NCBI GenBank assembly: GCA_919902045.1 | Contig: CAKKSP010000041.1 | Location: 1 to 60,740 of the forward strand | Reading direction: 5' to 3' | DNA from: Omnitrophica bacterium GWA2_41_15 | Lineage (GTDB): Bacteria; Omnitrophota; Gorgyraeia; Gygaellales; Profunditerraquicolaceae | DNA length: 60,740 nucleotides | Part shown: positions 57,718 through 60,740 of the stretch, piece after piece | How the letters are laid out: the number at the start of each line of letters is the position of its first letter | Position numbering within the stretch: position 1 is the stretch's first letter | Notes under the pieces: generated by a model | Seen by the model: only the letters and a program-made list of their open reading frames with translations | What the model was told of the DNA's origin: nothing | Database searches by the model: none | Program-made: the position numbers and the translations under genes

Positions 57718-58912
57718 TTTCCAGGTATTTTTTAGGTATGAATACGGTAAAGGTAGTTCCGGTTCCTTCTTTGCTTTCAACCCGGATCTTTCCGTCGTAT
57801 TTATTGATTACCTCTTTACATATCGAAAGGCCTAAACCTGTGCCTTTATCTATACTTTTTGTAGTGAAAAATGGCTCGAAAATCTCTTCTTTAATGTCCG
57901 GGGGGATCCCAACGCCACTGTCTTTAAAACTAAAATTCAACCCTTCTTCTATGATTTTAGCTTCTATTTCTAGCCTACCACCATCAGGCATAGCGTCAAA
58001 TGCATTTTTTATTATATTTACCACTACATGCGATAGCCCAAAATCAAGCACGCGGGGAAGATTTTCCATAATTTTATTATCAATTTTAACTGCCGTGTGC
58101 ATACGATTGTGGAAAATATCCAGAGAATCATTGATCAGCTCGCGGATATCGGTATAGATTTTTGTTTTAGGAGCAGTTGAGTTAACCTGGCTGGAAAATT
58201 CTAAAAGCGATTTGGTGGTATTTGCAATGCGGTGCAGGCCTTTTTTGATTTCAAGCAGGTATTCACGCACTACTGATTCTTGAGTTACTTTTTCAAGCAG
58301 CATGTTGGTATAGCGGATTATGCCGTCAAGTGGATTATTGACTTCATGGACTATGCCTGCGGCTAATTTTCCTACCGAGGCGTATTTCTCAAGAAGTACT
58401 TTATGCTTGTCAAAGGCAGCCTTCTCTTCTTTTAGGTAATCTGATTGTAATAAGTGCTCTGCAGCAAGGCAGGCATATTGACAGATAGTTTCCGCGAAAT
58501 TTAAATCTTTTTCATCAAAAGGCAGCCCGCTTGATTTATCCGCGATATTCATAATTCCAAGAAGCTTGTTATCACTAACAAGTGGTATCGAGATAAAAGA
58601 ATCAGTGCGGTAATGCTTAAACCCATTTTTCTTAAAGCGGATATCAGATTTAAGGTCTTTTACAAGCACTGCTTTTTTGATGTCAGCTACTTTTCCGGTA
58701 ATTCCCTCTCCTATTTTTTGCGTAAAATGCGTAATCGGAAGAGCCCCGGAGTTATAAAAAGAATCAAGCACCAGCTCTTTTTTTTCGGCATTAAAAAGGA
58801 AAAGCGAGCCGCATTCGGCAGAAAGTATGTTCATTAGCTTGCGTAGGGTAATTTTTAGGAAATCGTTTATTGCTTGTTTATTATCTTGGGTAATGGTGTT
58901 AGGGCCTGTCAT
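57710..58912 (-). CDS. Cytoplasmic GAF sensor histidine kinase
   Basis: GAF, HEVNNPL, NAFDAM, DSGVG, FFTTK, GTGLGL. Confidence 0.93.
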   Translation of the reverse strand: MTGPNTITQDNKQAINDFLKITLRKLMNILSAECGSLFLFNAEKKELVLDSFYNSGALPITHFTQKIGEGITGKVADIKKAVLVKDLKSDIRFKKNGFKHYRTDSFISIPLVSDNKLLGIMNIADKSSGLPFDEKDLNFAETICQYACLAAEHLLQSDYLKEEKAAFDKHKVLLEKYASVGKLAAGIVHEVNNPLDGIIRYTNMLLEKVTQESVVREYLLEIKKGLHRIANTTKSLLEFSSQVNSTAPKTKIYTDIRELINDSLDIFHNRMHTAVKIDNKIMENLPRVLDFGLSHVVVNIIKNAFDAMPDGGRLEIEAKIIEEGLNFSFKDSGVGIPPDIKEEIFEPFFTTKSIDKGTGLGLSICKEVINKYDGKIRVESKEGTGTTFTVFIPKKYLENA

Positions 58913-59766
58913 GGGGCATCTTTGGAGATCTTATCAAGAAAAGCTTCCGCTGTTTTCTTGAGTTTAGTCTTGGGGTATTCTTTAAGTAGTGCTTCTACGG
59001 TTTCTTTGGCTTTATCCTTATCTTTTAACTGGTGTAGGTATATTAGCGCTTTGTTAAGGTAAAGTTCTTCAAGGTTTATCTTTCCTTTATATTTTTCTAA
59101 AATCAGATCCATAATGGCCACGGTTTGCGGCCAGTCTTTGATCGCGCTGTAACATTGTACAGCTAGGATGTGCATATTAAAAGAAATCGGTGTATTTGGG
59201 TATTTATTTGCTAAGCCAAGGTAATGATTAGCAGCATCTTTAAAAGCTTCTATAGACTTATCAGGCTGAAATTTGCTGTAGTAATATTCTGCAATATAAG
59301 TAGGGATTGAAATTCCCCGCACAGTAGTGGGAAATTTTTCTATTATTGCCCGATATCCGTTTAGAGCCTCTCCCCACTTATTTTCTTTTTCAAATGTGTT
59401 CGCGCTAAAGAATGAGATTTCAGCAAGCAGGTTATCGTTATCTGTGTGGCGAGAAGCCATCTCCTTAAGGAATTTGCGGCAGTCGGAGTACTCCTTTTTT
59501 GCTAAATATAATTTCGCGATTTCAAATTCGGCGTCTATGCTTAAATTATTTTTTGCATGATCAGTATAAAATTTTTTGAAAAGCTCGACGGTGCGTTGAA
59601 GCTCATTTGGCGGCGATGCATCAGGATTTTGGTAGATTTTTTGAGCCTTCTGTTTTAAGTGCCAGAACTTTTTTTCTATTGCGTAGGTATCATTCCCGCA
59701 CCCAGAAAGCATGATCAAAGCAACAAGTAAAAAAACCGGAAGTTTAATTAGTTTATACTTATTCAT
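58909..59766 (-). CDS. TPR-repeat lipoprotein
   Basis: Lipobox LSGC; repeated helical TPR units ending YP/FP. Confidence 0.8.
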   Translation of the reverse strand: MNKYKLIKLPVFLLVALIMLSGCGNDTYAIEKKFWHLKQKAQKIYQNPDASPPNELQRTVELFKKFYTDHAKNNLSIDAEFEIAKLYLAKKEYSDCRKFLKEMASRHTDNDNLLAEISFFSANTFEKENKWGEALNGYRAIIEKFPTTVRGISIPTYIAEYYYSKFQPDKSIEAFKDAANHYLGLANKYPNTPISFNMHILAVQCYSAIKDWPQTVAIMDLILEKYKGKINLEELYLNKALIYLHQLKDKDKAKETVEALLKEYPKTKLKKTAEAFLDKISKDAP

Positions 59767-60650
59767 TTTTGTGTGTTTTGTTCCCTGTTTTTTAAATAGA
59801 ATAAAGTTGTAGCGATAGTAACTACAGGGTCAACGATTAATGAGTTAACTATTATTGCAAATATCGTAAGTAAAACCGTGATCTCAGGAAAAAATTTGTT
59901 CATTAGCAGGCTTGTCTGGTAATTAAGCACTATTACCGGTATTAAAAGCATCATCGGAAGCCCTACAAGCATAACAGTAGGAAAAAATCTTTTTGCGCAA
60001 AATACAAAAGATTTCATTATTGCAGGCAAAAATTTTTCTTTTCCAATCAGAATGAACGGGAAAGCGTAAACAAAAAATGACTGGATCAATACAGCCATAA
60101 AAAAATTAATCACAATCGGTATCGGGCCGAACCAATATCTGGGGCCGGCGAAAAGCAGCTTCCGGTAACCATTACGAAAATAAAATTTAAGGAAATACTC
60201 AAGCAGGTTCCCGAATAGGACAAAGATTATAACGATAAGTGTTGCCAGTAAAAAAAGTGAAACGTAGTTTTTTGCGGAGTGTGCAAAAACGCTTTTAAAT
60301 TTAGAAGTTTTATTATGAAAGTAATCAGCGGTATAATTAATCGCTATCGCAGTCAGCAATGCCCCCGCAACAGTTGAAAGTACCATCCTTAAATTTGCGG
60401 AAAGTTTTGGTATTAAAATAAAATTAGCCGGATAATGCAAATAAATTTCTCCGAAAAAAGTGCGGATAAAAGGCGCGGTAATTACGTGTAAAGGCATGCG
60501 CGGGTAAAAATAAATGAATATTAACGCGATAGCTTCAATTCCGGCAAATACTAAGAAAGGGGCATAAATTTTAGGGTTTTTGAAGAAACTTTCTTTTGTT
60601 TCGGAGAAAGTTTCAAAAATTAAGGAGAAAATCGATTTTTTTTCAGGCAT
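59763..60650 (-). CDS. Multi-pass membrane protein, function unknown
   Basis: About six hydrophobic segments. Confidence 0.75.
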   Translation of the reverse strand: MPEKKSIFSLIFETFSETKESFFKNPKIYAPFLVFAGIEAIALIFIYFYPRMPLHVITAPFIRTFFGEIYLHYPANFILIPKLSANLRMVLSTVAGALLTAIAINYTADYFHNKTSKFKSVFAHSAKNYVSLFLLATLIVIIFVLFGNLLEYFLKFYFRNGYRKLLFAGPRYWFGPIPIVINFFMAVLIQSFFVYAFPFILIGKEKFLPAIMKSFVFCAKRFFPTVMLVGLPMMLLIPVIVLNYQTSLLMNKFFPEITVLLTIFAIIVNSLIVDPVVTIATTLFYLKNREQNTQK

Positions 60651-60697
60651 ATTGCTTAAAGGATGTTATGTTTATAATTTTAAACAAAAGTCTTTGA

Positions 60698-60725
60698 AGT
60701 ATAACATAATTTTTGCTCTTGTCAA
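60698..60725 (-). promoter_or_regulatory. sigma70 promoter for the minus-strand operon
   Basis: Minus strand TTGACA-16 bp-TATACT with TG extension. Confidence 0.65.
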
Positions 60726-60740
60726 GTGTATAACTAGTTT

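Overview
Low-GC, gene-dense chromosomal segment of a PVC-superphylum bacterium. It carries the PVC small basic protein at 27667, and Omnitrophota is my inference for the phylum. From 1 to ~52.7 kb almost every gene is on +: type IV pilus/T2SS genes, CIRCE-controlled groES-groEL, sugar, LPS, fatty-acid and thiamine genes, tRNA-Gly(CCC), a six-gene hydrogenase-related (Ehr) complex lacking NiFe ligands, a RAYT transposase, PilZ genes, a four-gene trehalose cluster and a lexA-orf-dinB cassette. A 28-bp dif-like site lies at 52782-52809. After it most genes switch to - (HTH, LAGLIDADG protein, sigma54 two-component cluster), so the window probably spans the replication terminus. The most unusual signals are: (1) a RAYT gene bracketed by perfect 25-bp inverted repeats, with an identical empty copy 34 kb away and several degenerate relatives; (2) a second family of GTAG...CTAC palindromes, twice joined to a perfect DnaA box; (3) a 93-bp periodic palindrome inserted in frame into the LptD signal peptide; (4) a lipoprotein whose start codon lies inside a tRNA gene; (5) a candidate new LexA box; (6) a trehalose-6-phosphate synthase fused to a TM-sensor-TM-HAMP input module. 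All calls come from motif reading only; no searches were run.
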